Source of the DNA: Phycisphaerales bacterium
GTDB lineage: Bacteria > Planctomycetota > Phycisphaerae > WQYP01
NCBI GenBank assembly: GCA_027451365.1
Contig: DAIDJN010000041.1
Location: 1 to 64,000 of the forward strand
Length of the DNA: 64,000 nucleotides
Direction: 5' to 3'
Positions within the stretch are counted from its first letter, which is position 1. Each line of letters opens with the position of its first letter. This document shows positions 1 to 8,843 of this stretch, in pieces. A model generated the notes under the pieces. It searched no databases. It was not told the origin of the DNA and saw only the letters and a list, made by a program, of their open reading frames with translations. The position numbers and the translations under genes are program-made.

Positions 1-1
1 G

Positions 2-142
2 CTGCCGGGAGTGGAGGCCATTCTCGCACTACGGGCGGCGTGGAAAAGCCAAGATGCTCGCTGGGAACGGCTCTGGACCAACCGACCGGCCTACGTTTTG
101 GCCAAAACCAAGAAAAAAGCTGCATAAACTGTCACAGGCCCC
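2..142 (+). mobile_element. 3' end of an IS transposase (ISKra4/ISLre2-like DDE), truncated by the window edge, with probable right terminal repeat
   Basis: Frame 2-127 reads LPGVEAILALRAAWKSQDARWERLWTNRP...KKAA*, resembling the G-x-EAILxLR...W..W C-terminal motif of these transposases. It is followed by AAACTGTCACAGGCCC, which looks like an IS end. Confidence 0.6.
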
Positions 143-177
143 TGGCTCCACGATTGCTGTAAGGCTGTCTGTCGGAG

Positions 178-804
178 CTAATAACCCAAATAATCCATCA
201 GTCCCGGCAGTCCGCTGAATATCGATCCACCGTAGCCGCCCATTGATCCGATTCCTCCCGGACTGAAAACGTTTTGTAGATGTGTCTGGGTTGAGCGCAT
301 TGCATCCAGGTCTGCCTGCATATTCATGTTGGCGATGCCGAGTTTATCGCGCAGCGCAATAATCTTCGGGTCCTGACTATTGGTCAATTCATAATACAGC
401 CGTTGCAGCAGAGGTCTCTTGCCAACATCCAGCCACGCTCCGCTGCATTTTTTGCAAATCTGAATCGGAACCGGTATCAGCGGATTCAGCCGGTCGATCG
501 TCATTTGAACATGGCAATCGGGGCATTGCATGGGCTTTTTTGTGTCCGACTCCACGGCTAGCGCCGCCAGGGATCGCAGGTCTGGAGGCGCGCCAACTGG
601 CGGTGAAGTGGCGTCCGTTGAAGCCGGTGATTGGCCGGAAGGCGCATCGGCTGGTTCCGCGGCGATTGGTGGCGGAGTTCGCACCAGATGCATCAAGGCC
701 GGGCGCGAAACCCATTCGCCAAAGCAACTGCTGCATGTTTTGACATGGAAGTTCCCTTCCATGACATCGGTCATAATGACAAAGCACGATGGGCAACGTG
801 GCAT
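178..804 (-). CDS. Protein with two zf-TFIIB-like zinc ribbons
   Basis: CPSC...CSSCFGEW and CPDC...CKKCSGAWLD motifs joined by a Pro/Ser/Ala linker. ATG at 804 has a purine-rich upstream sequence. Confidence 0.75.
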   Translation of the reverse strand: MPRCPSCFVIMTDVMEGNFHVKTCSSCFGEWVSRPALMHLVRTPPPIAAEPADAPSGQSPASTDATSPPVGAPPDLRSLAALAVESDTKKPMQCPDCHVQMTIDRLNPLIPVPIQICKKCSGAWLDVGKRPLLQRLYYELTNSQDPKIIALRDKLGIANMNMQADLDAMRSTQTHLQNVFSPGGIGSMGGYGGSIFSGLPGLMDYLGY

Positions 805-977
805 AAAAACCGCCTTTAACACCCGGAAAAGAATGGAGCCCCGGGTCATTGCCGCATTGTCCGGAAAATGAACGAATTATACAAGTGTTCTGGCGTCTGA
901 TTCCGCCCAGGGGCGTGGGGCACCCACATGGCAACGCGATTGAAGCATGGAAGCCACGGCGACACCACATGCCGCGG

Positions 978-3086
978 TTAGTCATCAACGGTAGTCTGAA
1001 GCGGCCGGGCGCAGACTTCCGGCGATTGAATACCGGTTGATTCCTCGGCAATTTCCAGCATGACCTCTGAAAGAAGGTCAGCTGCGGGCATCGGCCGCCG
1101 AAAGTAATGGCCCTGAAACAGGTTGCAGCCGCGTGCCGAAAGAAAATCAAGCTGTTCGCCGGTTTCAACGCCTTCAGCGACCACACTTATTTTGTGATGC
1201 CGGGCGATTGCCAGAATCGCCTCCACCAGTACGACATCGTTGGAATCAGCGGGTACGCCGCGCACAAATGACCCGTCAATTTTTAGCTCGGCGACGGCCA
1301 GCTTGCGTAAATAACCCAGCGAGGAATAGCCTGTGCCAAAATCGTCGATCGAAAAGCGGATTCCTAAGCGGGCAAGTTCTTCCATTTTAAGATTGCCTTC
1401 GTCAAGATTATCGATGATCGCGCCCTCGGTTAATTCCAGCACCAGCCGGTCGGGCGAAACGCCTGTGGCCTCAATAATCCGCCGCACGGACTGTACGAAA
1501 TCAGGAGATTTGAATTGCCGTGGACTGATATTTGCGGAAATGGAAAAATCGCGGCCCGCGTCCTGGAACTGTTTTAGCAATTTGCACGATTCCAGCAGTA
1601 CCCAATCACCGATTGAACTGATTAACGAAAGACTGTCTTCAGCCATCGGAATAAATTGACCTGGCATGACCATTTCATGGTCGGTTTTCTGCCACCGGAT
1701 CAGCGCTTCGGCTCCGGTCATATTGCCCCGCGCGTCCATTTGCGGCTGAAGGAACAGTCGGAATTCGCCTCGGCGGATTGCCTCATACAATGAATCCTCC
1801 AGTGCCAGTCGCACCTCAGCGGATGTCTGCATAAATTGTTCAAAGAAACAGGTTGAATTGCGTCCCGCCTCTTTCACGCGGTACATGGCGGTGTCCGCCT
1901 GCTTCAAAAGGTCGCCGGCCGGCTGAACATCTCCGGAGAACATCGCGATGCCGATGCTTGCGGTCACGCGGTGTTCGCGATCGGCCAGTGTGATTGGTTC
2001 AGCCAGGCTGTTGCGAATGGATTCCGCAACCGAACTTGCCACATGCATGGCCGCTGAATGCGAATCTGCCAGTTCCGGCAGAAGGATGATAAACTCGTCA
2101 CCGCCTAGGCGGGCCACCATATCCTTTGGCCGCAGGGAGGCAGTCAGTCGCCGGGAAATTTCCCGCAAAAGCGTATCGCCTGCGTCGTGGCCCAGCGCAT
2201 CGTTGACATCCTTGAAGTTATCAAGGTCCATGCACATCACCGCGCCGTGCACGTTGGTTTCCGCCGCGTGCACGACGGCCCGATCCAGATTGTCCAGTAA
2301 CGCTCGCCGATTGGGTAATCCGGTCAACGGATCAAGTGTTGCAAGGCGCGAAAGTTCAAGTTCGGCCTGTTTGCGTTCCGACACATCCACGCGCAACCCG
2401 ATGAAATGGGTCGGCTTTCCGGCCTGATCGCACACGCGCAGCGCGCGCAGTTCGTACCAGCGTGTTTCGCCGTTGTGCTCGTGGCGAATCGTGGATACCG
2501 GTGATTCGCCGGAGGTCTTTTCGCCATCGCGCCAGCCGGCATAATGGGTCAATAAATCATCACCAAACAGTATTCGGCAGCCGTGGCCGCGAATTTGCTC
2601 TGCGGTAAGGCCGCTCACGCGTGCAAACGCATCGTTCACATATACCACAGATAAATTTTCATCACACGCGTCGGCGATAATCACTCCGATTCCCGCCGTG
2701 GCCAAGGCTTGACCGATGGTTTCCGGAAGGTCTGCCGATCCGCTGTCGTCGGCGTGGCTCCCGTGCAGAATGGCTGCGGGAGTCAGATTCTCCGGTTGGT
2801 AATTGGCTCGCTTTCTGGCCCATTTATAAGCTGCGCCCAGGGCGGCAATGGCGGCCACTGCCAGGCAGGCACCCGAAGTGGAATTGATTTTTTCCATCGA
2901 ATGCAGCAGACTCGTTCCCGGGCCTTTTTGCAGCAAGCCGGTTGCGGTCGCCGCAAGACGAGGTGCGACGCGCGGCGTTGGCCGCGGTCGGTCGACGCCT
3001 GGATGAAGATCGGTCGGCGCAATGGCAACCGAGTGTCGAACGGATTCGCTGTTGGCTTGGTCAGTTGGCTTCACCACAGGTTTCAT
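978..3086 (-). CDS. PAS-GGDEF-EAL diguanylate cyclase/phosphodiesterase
   Basis: PAS (VYVNDAFARVSG), DPLTGLPNRR, RPKD I-site, GGDEF, AEALIRW, DDFGTGYSS, VVAEGVET. AGGAGA lies before ATG 3086; the ORF extends to TTG 3107. Confidence 0.95.
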   Translation of the reverse strand: MKPVVKPTDQANSESVRHSVAIAPTDLHPGVDRPRPTPRVAPRLAATATGLLQKGPGTSLLHSMEKINSTSGACLAVAAIAALGAAYKWARKRANYQPENLTPAAILHGSHADDSGSADLPETIGQALATAGIGVIIADACDENLSVVYVNDAFARVSGLTAEQIRGHGCRILFGDDLLTHYAGWRDGEKTSGESPVSTIRHEHNGETRWYELRALRVCDQAGKPTHFIGLRVDVSERKQAELELSRLATLDPLTGLPNRRALLDNLDRAVVHAAETNVHGAVMCMDLDNFKDVNDALGHDAGDTLLREISRRLTASLRPKDMVARLGGDEFIILLPELADSHSAAMHVASSVAESIRNSLAEPITLADREHRVTASIGIAMFSGDVQPAGDLLKQADTAMYRVKEAGRNSTCFFEQFMQTSAEVRLALEDSLYEAIRRGEFRLFLQPQMDARGNMTGAEALIRWQKTDHEMVMPGQFIPMAEDSLSLISSIGDWVLLESCKLLKQFQDAGRDFSISANISPRQFKSPDFVQSVRRIIEATGVSPDRLVLELTEGAIIDNLDEGNLKMEELARLGIRFSIDDFGTGYSSLGYLRKLAVAELKIDGSFVRGVPADSNDVVLVEAILAIARHHKISVVAEGVETGEQLDFLSARGCNLFQGHYFRRPMPAADLLSEVMLEIAEESTGIQSPEVCARPLQTTVDD

Positions 3087-3663
3087 AATTTCTCCTGGCC
3101 ATAACAATTAGACTCGCCGCCCACCCGATCGCGGGAGCCTGCCTGGCAGGCTGCATCCACCGCGTGGCGGGGCTTGCGTACGGAACCTTGTGACAAATTG
3201 AGATACGGTCGGCGGGCGGGAAACTGAACAGATAGGAGAGAATTCTCTCCCGCGTTCCTTCCCAGGCTTTTAAACCGTTTGCGGAAGCAGTCGGCACGGC
3301 CGACGCTGGCAATCCGGTTCGTTTTGATTTACAACACTGGCCCGCCAACTGAAGTATCACACCACCATCCGGGCAGGCCGCCAATGTAGCTGCCGGATGG
3401 AGTAAACAGCCAGTGCGATGCTCCATAATGATTATCGGCAATAATGCTACATAATCACAAGCGCGATGGCGGGTGAAAACGCTCAAAAACGACCGAAATA
3501 ATTTTGCTAAATCGAATTGGCATCGCCAACAATCAATTTTATAAGACGCGGCTATATGTGAATCTTGTAACTTTTTGATTCAGTTTTCGATAAGCCGACA
3601 GGTGTGGGCCGCTTTTCCATTTGATCCGGGCCGGTCGAAGTAAAATTAGCCCGGCGGAAATTG

Positions 3664-4260
3664 TTAAATTTCACCGTGCAGTTTCATCAGTCGCGGGCTT
3701 ACCAGAAGCATCAGTTGCACACGCTCAAAATGAGTCAGCCATTCAGCTGTATTGGCGGCCAAAATGTCCGGCGGTGGGGCGACGAGGCCCGTAGCGCATG
3801 ATGCCCCCTGCAGGGCCGCCGCTTTGGCCCGGTAGGTTGCCAGCGTCCGTTCCCCGAAACGTTCGCATTCAAACCAGTCCTCGGAAAAGAAGACCAGCAC
3901 TGGCACGCGCGGCGCTCCACAAATGGAAAGTTCAATGGCCAGCGCAGTGGCCTGGTCGCCGGCATTGGGATTAAAGGTCTGTTCCCGATTCACAAACCGC
4001 AGATCAATGGCGTTGGAAGCCTCCGCAAAGCGTTGAAATATGGGGCAGGCGTTTACGCAGTCACCACACCAGACGCCGGCCATGCAAAGGACGTGCATTT
4101 TCCGGCGAAATCCGGCCAGCAGGGCGGTTTGCTCGGAAGTCAGTGAAACCGCGTCGTACACATTCTGCCAGCGGTGCTGCTTTTCCAGGTTGCCGTGCGT
4201 TTGCAGGAATTTCTTGTAAGGCTGAGCCATGTTAAAGGCGGATTTAAAATCAAATGGCAT
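3664..4260 (-). CDS. Thioredoxin-family protein (Thioredoxin_9-like)
   Basis: WCGDC active site and RVPVLVFF cis-Pro loop. Confidence 0.85.
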   Translation of the reverse strand: MPFDFKSAFNMAQPYKKFLQTHGNLEKQHRWQNVYDAVSLTSEQTALLAGFRRKMHVLCMAGVWCGDCVNACPIFQRFAEASNAIDLRFVNREQTFNPNAGDQATALAIELSICGAPRVPVLVFFSEDWFECERFGERTLATYRAKAAALQGASCATGLVAPPPDILAANTAEWLTHFERVQLMLLVSPRLMKLHGEI

Positions 4261-4290
4261 TGAATCGATTCTCCGGAATACGGGAAATGA

Positions 4291-5049
4291 TTATATACTG
4301 GAGTCCGTACCAATTCCGGCGTTGCGTGAAAACTCCTCCGCAGCCGTTACAAAGGCTTTGAAAAGGCGTCCATGCGGTTCGTCTGAAAGACCTTCCGCGT
4401 GCCATTGTACGCCGATCCAGAAGTCCAGCGTAATATCTTCCACCGCTTCCACCAGATCATCGGGCGACGTTGCCGAGGCCAGAAGGCCGTATCCGATGCG
4501 GCCAATCGCCTGTCGGTGGCGCGAGTTTACATCCAAAGCATCGGTTCGGTAGATTTTGCCCAGCCCGGATCCGCCGGCGATTTTCACACGATGCCATGCG
4601 TCCCGGCGTTCGGATTCGTCGCTGCTTCCCTTATGCGCGACCGCCGTCGTCGTGGTCAATTCGGCAATGCTCTGATGCAGCGTGCCGCCTCGCTGAACAT
4701 TCATCAACTGGCAGCCAAGACAAATACCCAGCACCGGCATGCCGCGCTGTTCGGCCATGGAAAGCATGGCCAGGTCAAACGCCTGGCGGTGGGCGTCCAT
4801 TTTTATGGTGGTGGCATGCAGCGGTTGCCCATAAACCGAAGGGTCAATATCGTCTCCACCGGGAATCAGCAGACCGTGCAGGTGCGCGAGTATTTCCGTG
4901 CGCAGTGCCGCATCAGCGGTGTAGGGTAAAAGCACCGGCAGGCCACCAGCTTTTTCAATTGCCGCCGGATAAAGGTTGGAAAGATCGTAATGAAGGGGGT
5001 CAGCTTGCACAGGGCCATGATCCATGGATATACCAATAACAGGACGCAT
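4291..5049 (-). CDS. Peptidase C26 / gamma-glutamyl-gamma-aminobutyrate hydrolase-like class I glutamine amidotransferase
   Basis: RPVIGIS, PGGDDIDP, GICLGCQ nucleophile, NSRHRQ, GVQWHAE. Confidence 0.9.
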   Translation of the reverse strand: MRPVIGISMDHGPVQADPLHYDLSNLYPAAIEKAGGLPVLLPYTADAALRTEILAHLHGLLIPGGDDIDPSVYGQPLHATTIKMDAHRQAFDLAMLSMAEQRGMPVLGICLGCQLMNVQRGGTLHQSIAELTTTTAVAHKGSSDESERRDAWHRVKIAGGSGLGKIYRTDALDVNSRHRQAIGRIGYGLLASATSPDDLVEAVEDITLDFWIGVQWHAEGLSDEPHGRLFKAFVTAAEEFSRNAGIGTDSSI

Positions 5050-5086
5050 ACGCAGCTACTCCTGAGAAAATGATTGCCATCATCGC

Positions 5087-6118
5087 CTAGGTGTTTCGCT
5101 TATGCAGGTGAAAGGCGATTACAATTCCCTGCACAACAATTGCGGCGAGAAACCATTCGAGTGATTTAAGCTGCTCTCCGACACGATAAAACCACCACGA
5201 ATTGCCCATGTTGGCCGCGGCCATTCCCGCCGCCCGAAAAGCGTCCCAGGCACCCAGTGCCAGAAACGCCAGTACTACCATCTGGCAGACAGTAGCCAGC
5301 AATAAGGATAACGAAAAATCTGTCATATTATTGTGTCGGTTCAGATGGCGAAGCTGCTGAAGCATTTCCTCAAGTAGCGGCTTGATCGTTTCCGGCCGGG
5401 GAGTAGCCGCGAATATGCGCGCCGCCACTGCGTCGGCCAGCGCGCCAGGCTCGGTATTTTCCGCCGGAACAGTGCCCTGAGCTGCTGGAGCGGCCGGTGC
5501 GCCATGCGAACTTATCGCAGGTGTTTCTTTGGAGATTATGTTCCCCTCTCGCAGCACAATCCGGGCCGCATCCGCCAGTGTGCGCACAACAAACCCCGGC
5601 GTAACCGCGGGCGCGCTTTCCTGCGGCTGCGGCGGTGATTCCGGATCACTTAGCAGAATGGTGCGGCAGCCGACCGCGGCCCCCGCCGCGATATCCCGCG
5701 GCATATCGCCGATCATCCAGCAGCGGGAAAGGTCCAGCCCGAACGTTTCTGCAGCGGCTTTCAGCATGCCCGGTTTGGGCTTTCGCCAATCATGGTCAAT
5801 GCGGTATTCGGGAACCGTGGCATCCGGATGAAATGGGCAGTAATAGCTGGCATCAATATGGGCGCCGGCCTGCTCCCGAAGTTGACGGACCATTTCCGCG
5901 TTGACGGCTTCCACCGCCGCTTCATCAAACATTCCGCGGGCGACACCGCTCTGATTGCTGACCACGATTATCCGGTAGTCCAGGCGGCGCAAAGAGGCTA
6001 TTGCCGCCGCCGCGCCGGGCAGCAACTTTACTTTCGACGGGTCCCCCAGGTAACCATCATTGGCAATGATGGTATTGTCCCGATCCAGAAAAATTGCCCG
6101 TTCTGCCATTGTGGCCAT
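5087..6118 (-). CDS. gmhB: D,D-heptose-1,7-bisphosphate phosphatase (HAD IIIA) with a C-terminal membrane extension
   Basis: FLDRDNTI, VSNQSGVARG, YCPFHP, RKPKPGML, MIGD. Adjacent to hldE. Confidence 0.85.
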   Translation of the reverse strand: MATMAERAIFLDRDNTIIANDGYLGDPSKVKLLPGAAAAIASLRRLDYRIIVVSNQSGVARGMFDEAAVEAVNAEMVRQLREQAGAHIDASYYCPFHPDATVPEYRIDHDWRKPKPGMLKAAAETFGLDLSRCWMIGDMPRDIAAGAAVGCRTILLSDPESPPQPQESAPAVTPGFVVRTLADAARIVLREGNIISKETPAISSHGAPAAPAAQGTVPAENTEPGALADAVAARIFAATPRPETIKPLLEEMLQQLRHLNRHNNMTDFSLSLLLATVCQMVVLAFLALGAWDAFRAAGMAAANMGNSWWFYRVGEQLKSLEWFLAAIVVQGIVIAFHLHKRNT

Positions 6119-6198
6119 CCATCCGTTCCTGGAAAGCGTCCGATCAAGCCCCGGCTTTCAGTCGGTTCTCAGCCTGTTTCGACAGTCTGACAGTTTCA

Positions 6199-7695
6199 TC
6201 ACTTCTCCGCAACCTTTTCAATGACCTGTGTAGTGGATCGCCCCGGAAGAAACGGCGCAAGCGCGACACGGCCGCCGGCTGATTCCACCCATTCGCGGCC
6301 CACTACAATCTTATCGGCATAGTCGCTCCCTTTAACCAGCACATCCGGGGAAATCGATTGAATCAATTCCAGCGGCGTGTCGGTGTCAAACGCGACCACA
6401 TAACTGACCGATTCGAGTGCGGACAATACCGATAGCCGGTCCTGCAATGGGTTCACCGGTCGCGAATGCCCTTTTAGCCTGCGGACTGAAGCATCAGAAT
6501 TTACGCCAACCACCAGAATGTCCGCCTGAGCGCGGGCGAATTTCAAGTATTGCACATGCCCCGCATGCAGAATATCAAATACGCCATTGGTAAAGCAAAT
6601 TCGTTCGCCGGCCTTTTTGCGGGATTTTAGCTCTGAATTCAGTTCCGCCACAGATCTGATTTTTGAATCACCGCCGCCTTCCAGACGGTGGAGTTCCCCA
6701 ATCACCTCCCGTCGGGCTAGAGGAACGCATCCAAAGCGTTCCACTTCCAGGCCGCCGGCAATATTTCCCAAATCGACCGCCGCACTCCATGAAACTTTGT
6801 GGGCCCGCGCCAGCGCGAGCATTGCCAAAACCATGTCGCCGGCCCCGGTGACATCGTACACGGTGCGGGGCCTTGTGACGTGTAATTGTCCAGGTTCTGT
6901 TCCCTGCTGCAGATACATGCCGTCGCGATCCAGAGTTAAAATACACGCGTCCAGACTCAGTTGCGCGATCAGCCGTGTGGCCACGGCCGGCGCGTCGGCC
7001 GAGTTGCGCATGGGCCGGCCGGCGGCCAGTTGCGCTTCGGCTCGATTGGGAGTAATGGCCGTGGCCTGCCGGTATCGCCGGTAATCGCTTATGGCGGCCG
7101 GGTCCACCAGGACTTCGAGTCCTCGTTGGCGCGCCATATCAATAATCAATCCGCACAAATCACCGGCAAACAACCCTTTATTATAGTCTTCCACGCACAC
7201 AATAGCATGTTGGGAAAGCTCTGCGTCGATTATTTCCAGCAGGCGCGACTGCACATTTTCGCCGATCGGGTCGGTTATCTCATGGTCCAGACGCAGCATC
7301 TGCTGTTGATGCCGATGTTGTGCCAGACCCACCACGCGGGTCTTGCTGCTGGTGGGCCGGTTCGGTGCCGTCACAAGCCCAGTAATGGAAACACCCGCCT
7401 TGACCAGCAATTCGCCTAGGCGAGTGCCGTTGTCATCATTTCCGCGAATTCCGACCACCGTCGGCCGGGCTCCAAGTGCGGCGAGGAACAGTGCGACATT
7501 TCCCGCTCCGCCTACCCGCTGTTCCCTGTACCGCTCTCGCACCACAGGAACCGGCGCTTCAGGTGACAAGCGTTCGGCGTCACCATAAATGTATTGATCC
7601 AGAATAAGATCGCCCACAACCAGGATGCGCGGCTGGTTGAAACCCTCCAGCATTGTTCGCAGTTCATGTGGCGGATGATGCATGTGAAAACTCAA
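6199..7695 (-). CDS. hldE: Bifunctional heptose-7-phosphate kinase / heptose-1-phosphate adenylyltransferase
   Basis: GDLILD...RLSPEAPVPV, DVTGAGD (PfkB fold); FTNGVFDILHAGH, VKGSDY, GRSTT (RfaE2). Start uncertain. Confidence 0.95.
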   Translation of the reverse strand: MSFHMHHPPHELRTMLEGFNQPRILVVGDLILDQYIYGDAERLSPEAPVPVVRERYREQRVGGAGNVALFLAALGARPTVVGIRGNDDNGTRLGELLVKAGVSITGLVTAPNRPTSSKTRVVGLAQHRHQQQMLRLDHEITDPIGENVQSRLLEIIDAELSQHAIVCVEDYNKGLFAGDLCGLIIDMARQRGLEVLVDPAAISDYRRYRQATAITPNRAEAQLAAGRPMRNSADAPAVATRLIAQLSLDACILTLDRDGMYLQQGTEPGQLHVTRPRTVYDVTGAGDMVLAMLALARAHKVSWSAAVDLGNIAGGLEVERFGCVPLARREVIGELHRLEGGGDSKIRSVAELNSELKSRKKAGERICFTNGVFDILHAGHVQYLKFARAQADILVVGVNSDASVRRLKGHSRPVNPLQDRLSVLSALESVSYVVAFDTDTPLELIQSISPDVLVKGSDYADKIVVGREWVESAGGRVALAPFLPGRSTTQVIEKVAEK

Positions 7696-7766
7696 GTTTT
7701 TATTTAATCAACCGGAACCGGTTCCAATTGTATGGCAGAATATAATAATCGCTTTTATCAAAAAAG

Positions 7767-8825
7767 TCACTTCGTTGTGTCAACTAATTTTTCTTTCCAT
7801 GTTTCAGCCTCCGGACCGGCGACATGGCATGCGATGCGAACGTGATAAATCGGCAGTTTGGATTCAGTTCCGCGAAGTTTCACCCAATCTTTCAATGTGG
7901 TGACCAGTGCCGACACATTGCAGGATTGTGCGATGTCATTAAGTCGCGCGGTATCGCGACTCGCATCATATTGATGATGATCTCCATACCAACACCCCCT
8001 TGCGACGTTCATACGCATTGATTCAAGGGTGCGCACAAAGCCCTCCGGATTGGCAATTCCGGCAAATGCCAGCACCCGGTCCGGAATCAGACTGACCCGT
8101 TGTCCTTGGGCGTCAAACAGGCCTACGACATGCGTATGCTGCTGAAAAATGACTCGCGGACTGCGCCATTCCGCCAGCAGTCCTGCCGCCATATCCGCCA
8201 GTTCCGGTGTCACCTGCTCACATCGCGTAAGCATAATTGCATCCGCGCGGCGCATCCCGGTTGGCGGTTCGCGCCATGACCCGGCGGGAAGCAATCCGGG
8301 AATGCCCATCGGACTTGTGGCATCCACCAGCAGCAGATTCAGGTCGCGGGCCAGCCGCCGATGCTGATATCCATCGTCCAGAATCAGAACATCGGCTCCA
8401 AATTTTTCGATTGCCTGTCGCCCTCCAGCCACGCGGTCCCGGTTTATCAACACAGGTACGCCGGGGCATTCCTCCTGAATCACCAGAACTTCGTCGGAAA
8501 CTCCATTTTGGGGTGCTTTGTAGCCGCGTGTCAGCACGGCGGGCCTGCGGCCCAGCTTGATCAGATCCTGGACAATCATGATAACCGTGGGCGTTTTTCC
8601 CGTGCCGCCGGTGGTCAGATTCCCCACGGAAATCACCGGGACGGGAAGTTTTATAACCTTTTTCCAGCCCGCATCATACGCCATGTTTCGCAGGCGCACC
8701 GACAGTCCATAAAACAGAGCAACCGCGGCCAGCACGTAACGGACCAGTGCGGGCACCAGTCCCGCGGCTTCGCCGCTTATGATGCGTTTGTACCACTGTT
8801 CCATCGTGCACCACCACGCTCGCAT
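7767..8825 (-). CDS. lpxK: Tetraacyldisaccharide 4'-kinase
   Basis: VISVGNLTTGGTGKTP, LTRGY, DDGYQH, AGIANP, DHH, TTLKDWVKL. Alternative start at 8804. Confidence 0.95.
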   Translation of the reverse strand: MRAWWCTMEQWYKRIISGEAAGLVPALVRYVLAAVALFYGLSVRLRNMAYDAGWKKVIKLPVPVISVGNLTTGGTGKTPTVIMIVQDLIKLGRRPAVLTRGYKAPQNGVSDEVLVIQEECPGVPVLINRDRVAGGRQAIEKFGADVLILDDGYQHRRLARDLNLLLVDATSPMGIPGLLPAGSWREPPTGMRRADAIMLTRCEQVTPELADMAAGLLAEWRSPRVIFQQHTHVVGLFDAQGQRVSLIPDRVLAFAGIANPEGFVRTLESMRMNVARGCWYGDHHQYDASRDTARLNDIAQSCNVSALVTTLKDWVKLRGTESKLPIYHVRIACHVAGPEAETWKEKLVDTTK

Positions 8826-8843
8826 CGGTCCGGACGATACCTT

